Part shown: positions 30,427-42,862 of the stretch, piece after piece
Layout: every line of letters begins with the position of its first letter
Numbering within the stretch: the stretch's first letter is position 1
NCBI RefSeq assembly: GCF_009914755.1
Contig: NC_060932.1
Direction: 5' to 3' (one strand)
Length of the DNA: 64,000 nucleotides
Origin: the human T2T-CHM13v2.0 reference genome, Homo sapiens
Position numbers and translations under genes: made by a program
The notes under the pieces: generated by a model
What the model saw: the letters and a program-made list of their open reading frames with translations, nothing else
What the model was told of the DNA's origin: nothing
The model's database searches: none

Positions 30427-32024
30427 GTTACCCTATTCATTCCCTTCATCATTGAATAGATTTGAATTCTGTCTTTTCCCTGTCAGTTCTCTGCAATACA
30501 ATGAGCATGTAGCTTCCTGTAGATACCCTGCCACTTCTTGAAACCGTTTATGAGGTGGGTACAACTTCAGAAGGCTATGCCTCAAAAACCAGAAGAATTA
30601 GAAAACAGTTATTTTCTTCTACTGTAATTATAGTAACTGCTAACATTTACTCAGTACCTTCTTTGTGTGAGCTTAGTTCTAATAATTTTAATTCATATTA
30701 TTCTACTTAATCCTAGAAAAAAATACACAACCCTATGAGATAGCTACTATTATTATTTACTTTACAATGGAAGAAATTGGGGTACAGAAAAGCTAAATGA
30801 CTTACCGAAGTCCCACAGACAGTAGGAAGTGCTCTAGGACTGACTAATGACCAGTCAGCCTGAATCAGGAGCCACGGGCTTAGCATGTGTCTCTGCAATA
30901 GGACTCTGTGCCCAAAGAGGACTCAGGGCCTGCATGGGACATTCTCAGAGAAAGACAAGGCACCTACTGCTGTGTCCTCTGGATTTTCTCTGATGGTACC
31001 TTATCTCTACCCCAACTGGTTGGCCAGGGGCTATTTATCCAACCCGTTAGTTTTTTTCTAAATCCTGGGTTGGTCCTGTTGACCTTCTCTCTGGTCTTGT
31101 GAAATTACGCTGTACCATTTCACATGGAATTAGTCACTTTTAACCCTATACACCCTTAAAAATGTGCACATACCTCAATTACGGGACATGACACACTGCA
31201 GTATAATTGGCACTCTGTGTAAGTCACCCATGCCAAGCTGGGGACTCCTCTGTGATGTTCATATTCACATTTTTATCTGCAGTGTCTGGCATAGAGACTT
31301 TGAAATAATTGGCCCTCAATAAGTAAGCACTGAACAAGCATGAATGGACAAACAGTTGACTCTTCACAGCGAAGGTGAGAAATCACTCTGTAATATCTCC
31401 TCATTCTTATTTCCTGCCATTCTTCTTCACAGAGGCTTTGCCAGCAGACTGGAAAGTTTATGAGAATAGCCAATAAAATATTTCAGAATTGTCTTGCTTT
31501 AAAGGAAATGACTGTGACAATTTTATAAACTGAGGTGTTTTCCACACTAATGTCTCTTTTTAATTTTTTAATCATTGCCAATATTAAAGTGGCTTCTAAT
31601 TCTCTAAGATGTTATACTTTTGACTTAGGCAGATCTTGCTTACCTCCTTCAAATAAATCATCATTTCCTATCATTGTCACTCTCAACAAGTTCCCACCCC
31701 ACCCACTTCTCTGAGGGTGTGGGCCACTTCTGGGACTGTCAGAAAACATTTCCTCATGGAGATGTGGTTTGTTCTGCACATCAGTGCTAGAATAATCTCA
31801 TCAATAAACCCAAATATTCAACTACTATTAACAAACTAAAAATTAAGTGACTAAATTTCTATCTGTAACTACTGTCCTTTTCTCTTTCAAAAAAATATAT
31901 CCAGCTTCAATATTCTGTATTCTCCTTTCTGTCTTAAGGTACTACTTAAGCCAACAATTCTTAACAACTCAAACAAATATTTTATAAAGGTTTTCTATCA
32001 CAATTATAATTTCAAAAACATAGG

Positions 32025-32334
32025 AGCCGGGTACAATGGCTCACGCCTGTAATCCCAGCACTTTGGGAGGCTGAGGCGGGCAGATCATGAGGTCAGAAGT
32101 TCGAGACCAGCCTGGTCAACATAGTGAAACCCCATTTCTACTAAAAATACAAAAATTAGCCAGGCATGGTGGCAGGCACCTGTAATCCCAGCTACTCAGG
32201 AGGCTGAGGCAGGAGAATCGCTCGAATCCAGGAAGCAGAGGTTGCAGTGAGCCGAGATCACACTACTATACTCTAGCCCAGGCAACAGTGTGAGACTCCA
32301 TCTCAAAAACAAAACAAAACAAAACAAAACAAAA
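32025..32334 (+). mobile_element. AluS with (CAAAA)n tail
   Basis: Full Alu dimer. Confidence 0.95.
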
Positions 32335-33185
32335 GTTAGAAATGCAATTCTACAAATGCCCTCATTTGTCATAATTAGGGTGAATGAACAAATTCTTACA
32401 TTTTTATTACTTTTTAGTTCATGAATTTACTGAGGCTTGAACATTTATGTTATATATTTTATTAACTCAGTTTTAGAAGAGTAAGTGTACACAATCAATA
32501 ATATGGCACTGGGATCTTCATAAAGATATATCGTACCCAAACCACCAAAAAACCCAGCAAGTTTAATCATATTATTTTTCATGATCCAAATGTGTTTATA
32601 CAGTCATAAATATATTACACTTTTATTATGTGCCAAGTGCTGCACTAAGTACCTGAGATGTATATGTCATGTACACACAACTATTCTATGGATTATATTT
32701 TAAGTCAATCACTTCGGAAAACCAATTCACTCATTTATACAACATTTTGTACTATACACAAACCACTTTCTTTGTGTAGCGATGTGCTCTGTTACATGCT
32801 GGAGAACACACAAAATACATTAAGGAAAGTTTGCCCTAAACACAAAGAGTTATTTTCTGCTTTGAATTCTATATATGTAGTCCTTATGTAGATTTGTATG
32901 AAAACAAATTTGAGTTTTCTGAACTATAATTTCAAATGGCCTGGATAGCCTTTTGGGTGAAAAAAACAATCTGGTGTATAGAAGTGCAGCGTGACTCTTT
33001 GGGACACAGTAGAACAAATTAGTTAAGTGTATAGATTTTGGTGGCTTTTAATTCCTGCTCTGCTACTCATCAGCTATATAGTGTTGAAGAAATTGTTTAA
33101 GTTTAATGTCTCAATTACCTTATCTGAAATATGGACAATAATAATTCCTTTGTGGTGTCATTATCAGGCTTAAAAGTATAGTGCT

Positions 33186-33474
33186 GGCCGGGTACAGTGG
33201 CTCATGCCTGTAACCAGCACTTTGAGAGACTGAGATGAGTGGATCACAAGGTCAGGAGATCGAGACCATCCTGGCTAACACAGTGAAGCCCCGTCTCTAC
33301 TAAAAATATAAAAAACTAGCCAGGCATGGTGGCACGGGCCTGTAATCCTAGCTACTCAGGAGGCTGAGGCAGGAGAATCGTTTGAACCCAGGAGACGGAC
33401 GTTGCAGTGAGCCAAGATTGCACCACTGCACTCCAGCCTGGGTGACAGAGCAAGACTCTGACTCAAAAAAAAAA
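33186..33474 (+). mobile_element. AluSc-like
   Basis: Full Alu with TSD-like AAAAGTATA(G/A)TGC on both flanks. Confidence 0.95.
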
Positions 33475-34099
33475 AGTATAATGCATATACAGTGCTTAAG
33501 ACTTAATAAGTGCTTAATAACCAACAGCTGTTCTTGATCATAATCATCATTAGAGATAATATTAATCAAAAATAGAACAAAAAGAAAAAGAGTTGACAAA
33601 GTATGCTAACATCTTAAAAAATAAGTCTTTCTGTTGACAATGTATTGCATCTTTACAAATGTTATCTTTTTAAATACAAGTGTATATTAGTAAAAGATAA
33701 GTTGAGATCTGTATCTTAAATCAAAATAGATGCCAGATGAATTAAAGAATTAAATTTTAAAATGAAATGTTTGAAATATTAGGAAATAAGATTTGAGGTC
33801 TGTAGTGATAGAAGAAAAGATTAAAATTTTACACTATGTAATAGTAAAAAGCTCCGTATTTAAAAAGACAATGATATAAAAACACAGATACATTTAATAG
33901 ATAATTTAATGGATATATCTTTTATATAATGAGTTTAAACAAATAAGAAAAACACTAGCTTCCAAAGGTAAACATGTACAAATACGTCACATAAAAATAT
34001 TTCTAAAGCATTAAGAAATGTGAAGATAAATTGATTTCAATATTATTTTGTCTATTCAACAAAGATATATTTAAGAAGGGAACGTTTTGTGTGGGAAAG

Positions 34100-35860
34100 G
34101 ATACAGAATATGAGGAAATAAATATAAAATAAGTAGCCACATGGTAGATTCAAACCTAACCCCACTGATAACTACATTAAGTGAAAATGATTTAAACACT
34201 TTGATTAAAAGTCACATGTTATAAGATTGAGTAAAAAAGTAATATTCAACTATATGTTATTACAAGAAACCCATTTAGAGTAAATATACAGAAAGGTAAA
34301 AGGATAGAAAGGAATACAAATGAAGAAACTAATTATAAGTAAGATAGAATGACTATACCAATACCAGATAAATAAACTTTAAAATAAGTTGTATTGGGGA
34401 TAAAGAGGGACATTTCATAATAGTAAAGGGTACAATTAATCAAGGAGACATTGAATAACAGAGTTCCACAGGACATGGTTCAAGAAGTGACAGAAGTGAA
34501 AATAAGAAATAGGAAACTCCACAATTATCTTTGGATACCTCTGCACAATATCTCTGTAATTGATAAAACAGAAAAATCAATAGCGATATAGAATGCTTAG
34601 CCCTACAATCCATCTTGAACTAATCGACATTCCAGAATGGTCTACTCAACCAAAGAAGAACACATGGAGCATTCACAAAGATAGACTATATGATAGTCTA
34701 TAAAATAAATCTTCATAAGTGGAAAAGGACTGACATCATGCAGAGTATATCTTTGGTCCACAATAGAATTAAAGTTGAAATCAATAACAAAACCCTATAT
34801 GGAAAATCTGCAAACATATGAAAGTTAAACAGCACACTTCTAAAGACTATAAAAGGAAAACTGGAAAACATATTTAAGTGAATGAAATTAAAAATACAAC
34901 ATATCGAAATTAATGGAACTTAAAGAAATATTGGGAGGGAAACGTATAGTTCTAAATGCTTACATTTTAAACAGAGAGTTATAAATCAGTGATCTAAGCT
35001 TTCACCATAAGAAGCAAATTGGAAGGTGGTCAGGGGAGGGAGAGGATCACGAAAGATAACTATTGGGTACTAGGCTTAATATCTGGGTGATGAAATAATC
35101 TGTACAACAAACCCCTGTTTACCTATGCAACAAACCTCCACTGGTACCCCTGAGCTTAAAAGGTAAAAAAAAACAAAAAAAAAACCACTGTCCCTTTAAA
35201 ATAATTACTTCTCATATCTTTTCTACATGTATGCATAATAAACCATGTCTTCCTCATTTTACATTGTGTGTTTTGTGAACCAAATATTTTATAATTATCT
35301 ACTTTTTAAAGAAGCAAATTGAAGCCAAAGTAAGAAGAGAAATAATAATGATAATAGAGAAAATAGTAAACAATTAAACTAAAGGTTGATCATTTGTAAA
35401 TGTCAATAAAATAAATAAACCTATAGCTAGACTTATCATGAAAATAAGGAGATTGCATGAATTGCCAATAGAAAAAATAAGAGTGAACATCACCATACAT
35501 TGAGCAGATATTATAAAGAGGGAAATGTTCTGAAAACTTAATGCAAATAAAATAGACAACATTAGCTAAACAGGATAAATTCACTGAAAGACAAAGTAAT
35601 CAAAACTAGTTAAGAAGACATAGATAACATGAATAGCTCCAAATAAAAATCACATTTCTAATTAAAAACTTTTCAACAAAGAAAACTCATGGTCATATGA
35701 CTTCACTGATGAACTCTACCAGATATTTAAAGAGGAAATAATACTAATCCTGTAAAAATATTTCAAAATATATAGGAAGTGGGAAGACTTATCAACTTAT
35801 TTTATCAGATCAGTGTTGACTTGTTACAAAAAACAAAGACATTATAAGAAAAGAACTACG
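34100..35860 (+). mobile_element. Ancient L1M ORF2 remnant
   Basis: Degenerate endonuclease/RT-region-like A-rich sequence (CCACAATAGAATTAAAGTTGAAATCAATAAC, GACTTCACTGATGAACTCTACCAGATATTTAAAGAGGAAATAATAC). Confidence 0.7.
35022..35184 (+). mobile_element. Short L1PA (older primate) 3'-end fragment with poly(A)
   Basis: TAACTATTGGGTACTAGGCTTAATATCTGGGTGATGAAATAATCTGTACAACAAACCCC...ACAAACCT...CCCCTGAGCTTAAAA followed by an A tail. Confidence 0.85.
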
Positions 35861-36975
35861 TGAACTGGGTAATTTATAAAGAAAAGAAGTTTAATTGACT
35901 CAGAGTTCCACACGGCTGGGGAGGCCTCAGGAAACTTATAATCATGGAGGAAAGTGAAGGGGAAGCATGCACCTTCTTCACAAGGTGGCAGGAGAGAGAG
36001 AGTGAGAGGGAAGTGCCACACTTTTAAACCATTAGATCTCATGAGAACTCACTTACTATCATGAAAACAGCATGGGGTAAATCCATCCCCATTATCCAAT
36101 CATCTCCCACCTGGTCCCTCCCCTGACATATGGGGATTACAATTCAACATGAGATTTGGGTGGAGACACAGAGGCAAACCACATTATTTTGTGCCTGGCC
36201 TCTCCCCAATCTCATGTCTTTCTCACATTGCAAAATACAACTGTCCTTTCCCAACAGTCCCCCAAAGTCTTAACTCATTCCAACATTAAGTCGAAAGTCC
36301 AAGTCCAAACTCTCATCCGAGATAAGGCAAGCCCCTTCTGCCTATGAGCCTGTGTAATCAAAAACAAGTTAGTTACTTCCAAGATACAATGGGGATACAG
36401 GCACTGGGTAAATGCTCTTGTTCCAAATGGGAGAAATCGGCCAAAACAAAGAGGCTACAGGCCCCGTGCAAGTGCAAAATCCAGAAGGACAGCCATTAAA
36501 TCTTAAAGCTCCAAAATAATCTCCTTTGACTCCATGTCTCACATCCAGGGAATGCTGATGGCAAGAGGTGGGTTCCCAAGGCCTTGGGCAGATCCATCCC
36601 TGTGGCTCTGCAGGGTACAGCCCCCGCAGCTGCCTTCATGGACTGGCATTGAGTGTCTGTGGCTTTTCCAGGTGCACAGTGCAAGCTATCAGTGGATCTG
36701 TCATTCTGGGATTTGGAGGAAGGTGGTCCTCTTCTAACAGCTCCACTAGGCAGTACCCCAGTGGGGACTCTGTGTGGGGACTCCAACCCCACATTTCCCC
36801 TCTGCACTGCTCTAGTAGAGGCTTTCCATGAAGGCTCTGCCCTGCAGCAGACTTCTGCCTGGATATTCAAGCATTCCCACACATCCTCTGAAATCTAGGT
36901 AGAGGTTTCCAAACCTCAATTCTGGCCTTCTGCACACCTGCAGGCCCAACATCACATGGAAGCTGCCAAGACTTT
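35860..36975 (-). mobile_element. MSTA-like LTR (to 36186) plus MST internal fragment
   Basis: GGGTAATTTATAAAGAAAAGAAGTTTAATTGACTC...GAGATTTGGGTGG, then MaLR-int CCCCAAAGTCTTAACTCATTCC...CTCCAACCCCACATTTCCC. Confidence 0.88.
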
Positions 36976-37274
36976 ACCTACTGATTCCAGTGACCAAATC
37001 TTTGCCGTGGTTTCTGTGTCTGAATCTTAACTCACTCAATACACTGCACCACATTCAGCACTTCTAAATCCAAAAACCTGAATAGTTATTTCTCACAGGA
37101 ACCAGAGTCTCGTGCCAGTGCTCTCTGTTGCCAAATTTTCTACAGCTGTCACCTTTCTGAACATTGGTGGTTACTTAAGACTCAGTTTATTTCAGCTGCC
37201 TGGCCCTCCCGCAGCCTGGATTAGCCCATACCACCAATTTCCCGTCTCCAGACACCAAATTTTATTGGCACGGC

Positions 37275-37428
37275 TCAGTGGTTCTCAAACATCATTGTAC
37301 ACACCAAAGCTTGGATTTCACTTTATGACTAATTAGCTAAGAATGTCTGAGAGAGGGACCCACGTTTCTGTAATTTTAAAAACTCTCCAGTTGATTCTGA
37401 AATTCAGCCAGGGATAAGAAGCCTGAGA
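37275..37428. mobile_element. MER5-like hAT-Charlie MITE
   Basis: CAGTGGTTCTCAAAC terminus ... CTCCAGTTGATTCTGA...CAGCCAGGG...AGAAGCCTG. Confidence 0.55.
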
Positions 37429-39481
37429 ATAGAATGAGGTAAGTGATGGCACAAAGTGTAGGGAGCTCCAAAAAACTCAGCTATCAAGATAACATTTTAC
37501 TATTAAAATACCTTTAAAAATCAAAATCACTGGAAAATAATCCATAATAAGCAAAACATCAAAAATGTAAGTAAGGGATTAGCACTTGGAGTCTGAGGCA
37601 AAAGGCAAAAATCATAATACTGATCTTGCCTTTTAAAAAAAGAAATGTTCTCCCATTTTTGTGCAGTTGTTTGCACATAGGGAACATTTATATTATCTGA
37701 GTTTACAAATAGAAAACCTACCTTATGAAATCATGCTTTGAAAATATAATTTTGCAAAGAGCATGAAATTGATTGAAAGTTTATTGAGAAGATGAAAGTT
37801 GATTGATAGTACCGTACTGAATAGGCAAGTCTGGGGTGGTAAACTCAGAAATGTAGCCTCTCCAGAGTTGAAAAAACAAGTTTAGGGGTAGAAGGAAGCG
37901 GGACCAAGGACAGTCTGAGTCAGTGCACAAGGGAGAGCGCCTTTATTAGAAAACCTGCCTGGTGGTCATCAGATGGTTGTCTCATCACCAGCTCAAATGC
38001 CTCATGGCCAAAGCTGAATCATAAAATCACTCCCCTGTCTCCCCAAATCCCTGGCCATTTTACACAGCTGACTCTTGTAATATTCTATTACTTCTAGTCA
38101 GAATGTCTTCATTTTCCCCACCTTTCAAAGGAAAGCTGTGCTTTTCTTCAAGGCTGTTCCTGAGAACAGAAGTTCTCAGAGGTTACGTTGCCTTAGAAGC
38201 CCTCTCTGTGCCTCAGCTGACTGCCCTGACCACCCACAAATGCCTTCCTTTCATAGTCCAAACCCTGTGATTGCACATTTTTAGTGCATATCTCTCTGTA
38301 ACTGTTTACAAACCTGCTGCTCCCAATAGACCACAACCTACTTGGAGGTAAAAACAAAATTTTATGTACTAGCTGCCTGACACATAGTAGGACCTTAATA
38401 ATTATGTGTTAAAAAAAACAGAGACACAGAAAAGAGACTCCGAATAATGGCCTTGCCTGTAAGTGTTGAAGAATGGCAATAAGAAAAGAATTGGAGTGGA
38501 GGTGGAATTGAGACAGCAGGTAGCAGTATATGGGTTCTCTCCTCTCATCTTGACAACTCAACTATAAGATTTGAAGTAAGCTGTTTTTAGGAGGCCTGAA
38601 GGCCAACTAAACTCCTTAGGGGAACAAGATGGGAAGATGGGATTTACGAAGTAAGACTTTTCAAGAGGAATTTTGGTTTGGAAGTGGTGGTGGTAGGGTG
38701 CAGTAAGGAGGAAACACCTTCATCTTAGAAAGCATTTTTCATTCTGAAAAGCAGGAGGCTAGACAAGAGACAAGCTTTTCACAGTAATCTCTGTCCTCTA
38801 GGCCAGGGAGAAAGGCATAGGGAATATCCATTGTCCAGCCTCCTAAACCAGGTGGAGGAGAAAACTAAAACTCAGACAAAAATCCTGCTTGGGATAAAAG
38901 AATGTGCATTTGGCTGGTGCCCTCCCTGTCTCTCTCAGGAACTTGGGTTTGATGCAGGGGTCAGAACTCAAACGGTGGCAGAAGGCAGGTATGCATGACT
39001 GAGAGATGCTGGAGGTAGTGTGGAGTGAGGAACCGGATGCACTTCCTGCACCAGGGACCCCTACAAACTCCTGACCACAACACCCACTCAGCCACAAATG
39101 ATTATTTCTGTGAAGAAATGCAAGCCCCTGGTTGCCAGACCTTTCACGTGTTTCTGATAACAATCCCTAAAATTTAATATTCAATTTCTCAATTTTGAAA
39201 GGTAAAAAATAATAAATTGTGTTAAATCCCTTGGGCTTACCATGTACAGGCCAAACAATACATGTCTGAAGGCTGAACGTGGGCTCATAACTACAAATAA
39301 TTGGGAAGGAGAAATGGGTATTCAAGGATTCCTCAATGGTTCAACGGGTGAAAGCCATTCAATATCATCCAGAACTTCACTTTCACCTTCATCTCATTGT
39401 TACCCATCCTTGTGCATGTTTTTGATATCCCTATGGTCCTGTCTACTCAAAATAGACTCTTCCATTGACCTCTTCTAGAGG

Positions 39482-39879
<398 letters not shown>

Positions 39880-40003
39880 TAAGGGTATTTTTCATTGTCA
39901 GTTAATAAAATAAAAGTGGAGAAGCATCAGCATTTGATGTATTCAGTTGGTATCTTGAGAAAAGATACATGTTTTCTGAGCTTCCATTAAAAAAATAGAT
40001 TTA

Positions 40004-40334
<331 letters not shown>

Positions 40335-41082
40335 TTAGAGAAATAATAATGCTGAAGTGTACTTTTCTTCAAAAGATGTGTCTATTAATTTTCATTTCAG
40401 AGGTTTGGTAACAGAATGGCACTGGTATAGATTTTTACTAGATGATTTTTCCACCTAGAAATAAACTGAGACAAAACATTGCTAGGTGGTTCATGTGACT
40501 GGAAATCCAGAGGACAGGTGAAGGTGAAAAGCACCCAGGGCCGATAGAGAGATTCTATAAAGTGGTCCAGAAATAAGAGTTGAAAAACTTAACAGACCCT
40601 ACGCAGTTTAAATTGATGTTCTTAGCTCAAAGAGGCCTTTTAAAAATAATTGTTATAAGCATCAGAAGATTGCAGCTGAAATGGTTTGAAATCAACTTTA
40701 ACTAATTTTCCATTCACAAAATATGAGAGGAGGAAGCCAATTGTACTGATTCACTTGAGAAACAGTACAAGGGTTTTCATAGTAGAGAAAGAGGTTGATT
40801 TCAGCTCAGACAGATATTTCAAGCTTCAAGGGCCATGTCTAGACTGAGAAGGATTTGCTAACCCCAAAGTCCTATCAAGCAAGGAGTGTAAATGTATTTC
40901 AGAGCAGCTCAGGTACTAGAGTTTCTGCAGAACTTAGATGATAAGCAACGACAAAGCCAGCTGCTTCTAGACCCCTGGCTTATGATTTCAGCTTTCCAAA
41001 TTAAAGACTGTCTCATCAGCACATTTAATAGTAAATCCTCCAAGAGCAGAAGACTCTGAATCAGTGAGGACTGACTGGCATC

Positions 41083-41152
41083 TGTGAGTGTGTGTGAATG
41101 TATGTGTGTGTGTGTGTGTGTGTCTCTGTGTGTGAGAGAGCGAGCGAGCGTG
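41083..41152. repeat. Compound (TG)n/(GA)n/(GAGC)n microsatellite in the TRHR promoter
   Basis: Pure (TG)10 at 41103-41122 with degenerate TG flanks, followed by GAGAGAGCGAGCGAGCG. Confidence 0.95.
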
Positions 41153-41159
41153 TATGTTC

Positions 41160-41417
41160 TCATTAGGGGACGATCTATGATTTGACAGCCTCACTGCTGC
41201 TGCTCCTGCTGCTGCTTCTGCTTCTGCCGCGGCTGTATGGTTTGTCATTAGTTGGAAAGGGCTGTGAGGGTTTGGAGAAACTGCAGTTTTAAAGACTGAG
41301 CACTGCTAAGTGGTCTCCCTCTCAAATAGAGTAGACAAGATTTTCTGCAAGATTAGAAACTTGGAACTATTACCACTTCATCTACCCAGAAAATCAGGCA
41401 GCGCTACAGAGGATAAG
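41160..41417 (+). other. TRHR: TRHR non-coding exon 1 (5' end/TSS approximate)
   Basis: Strong donor AAG|GTAAGA at 41417/41418 pairs with acceptor CTTCACAG at 41958. Human TRHR is known to have a 5'-UTR intron. The start coordinate is an estimate just downstream of the TG repeat. Confidence 0.7.
41194..41228. repeat. Interrupted (CTG)n-rich tract in the exon 1/TSS region
   Basis: CTGCTGCTGCTCCTGCTGCTGCTTCTGCTTCTGCC. Confidence 0.85.
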
Positions 41418-41422
41418 GTAAG

Positions 41423-41437
41423 AGAAGAAATTGTCCT
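41423..41437 (+). promoter_or_regulatory. GRE-like palindrome at the start of intron 1
   Basis: AGAAGA-AAT-TGTCCT versus consensus AGAACA-nnn-TGTTCT (10/12). TRHR is known to be glucocorticoid-responsive. A TGTTCT half-site also lies at 41155-41160. Confidence 0.55.
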
Positions 41438-41635
41438 CTCTTGAATCTGTGGGGCAGGGGGCATGGGGAAATGTCATCTCAAAGGCTTGCTATTTTATAC
41501 CAAAGACATCTCACCCTCTGAGAGCAAAAGAGGCAACAGCTAAATTTGTAACAAGCTTGATTATTGAGCTTCTTGGCTTTTTCCTCTGGTATCTTTTTCT
41601 TCTTTATTATACTTTTGCCAGGCATCTAAGAGGTG

Positions 41636-41938
41636 TATTCATATTTATTTTTCAGTTAGCAGATATTTAGTTTTTTTCAACTGGGCACTGTTTCAAAACA
41701 ATTAGTTTTTACTGTTTCTCTTTCCTTAAGCATTTTTCTCCATTAAGAGGGAACTGGTCCCTCTTAATGTGAGCTGGTCAAAACAGTTACTCCATTCTAC
41801 ACTAGAGATGCAATAAAAGAAGTTTTAAGAAGTACACATGAGCCCTATTCCCATAGAAAAATGGGAAGTGAAAGGAGTGGAAGTGACGGTTATTTGTGAT
41901 TGGGACTTGATCAGAAATTGTAACACTGTTAATGAATA
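41636..41938. promoter_or_regulatory. Two Pit-1/POU1F1-type TATTCAT motifs in intron 1
   Basis: TATTCAT at 41636-41642 (+) and ATGAATA at 41932-41938 (-). Fits a pituitary-expressed gene, but these are motif matches only. Confidence 0.4.
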
Positions 41939-41980
41939 TGTACTATGACCCTTCACAGGGGGATGGAACTGCTGCAATAA

Positions 41981-42862
<882 letters not shown>

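Larger units (their letters stand above)
41418..41958 (+). other. TRHR: TRHR intron 1 (5'-UTR intron, 541 nt)
   Basis: GTAAGA...TATGAC (branch-like)...CCTTCACAG|G. Exon 2 begins 88 nt upstream of the ATG. Confidence 0.85.

Noticed and set aside
36496-36898. Several 67-128 aa ORFs
   Set aside because: Decayed MST internal sequence with no coherent gene structure.
40909-41248. Minus-strand ORFs rich in Ala and His-Thr repeats
   Set aside because: Artefacts of translating the CTG and TG microsatellites.
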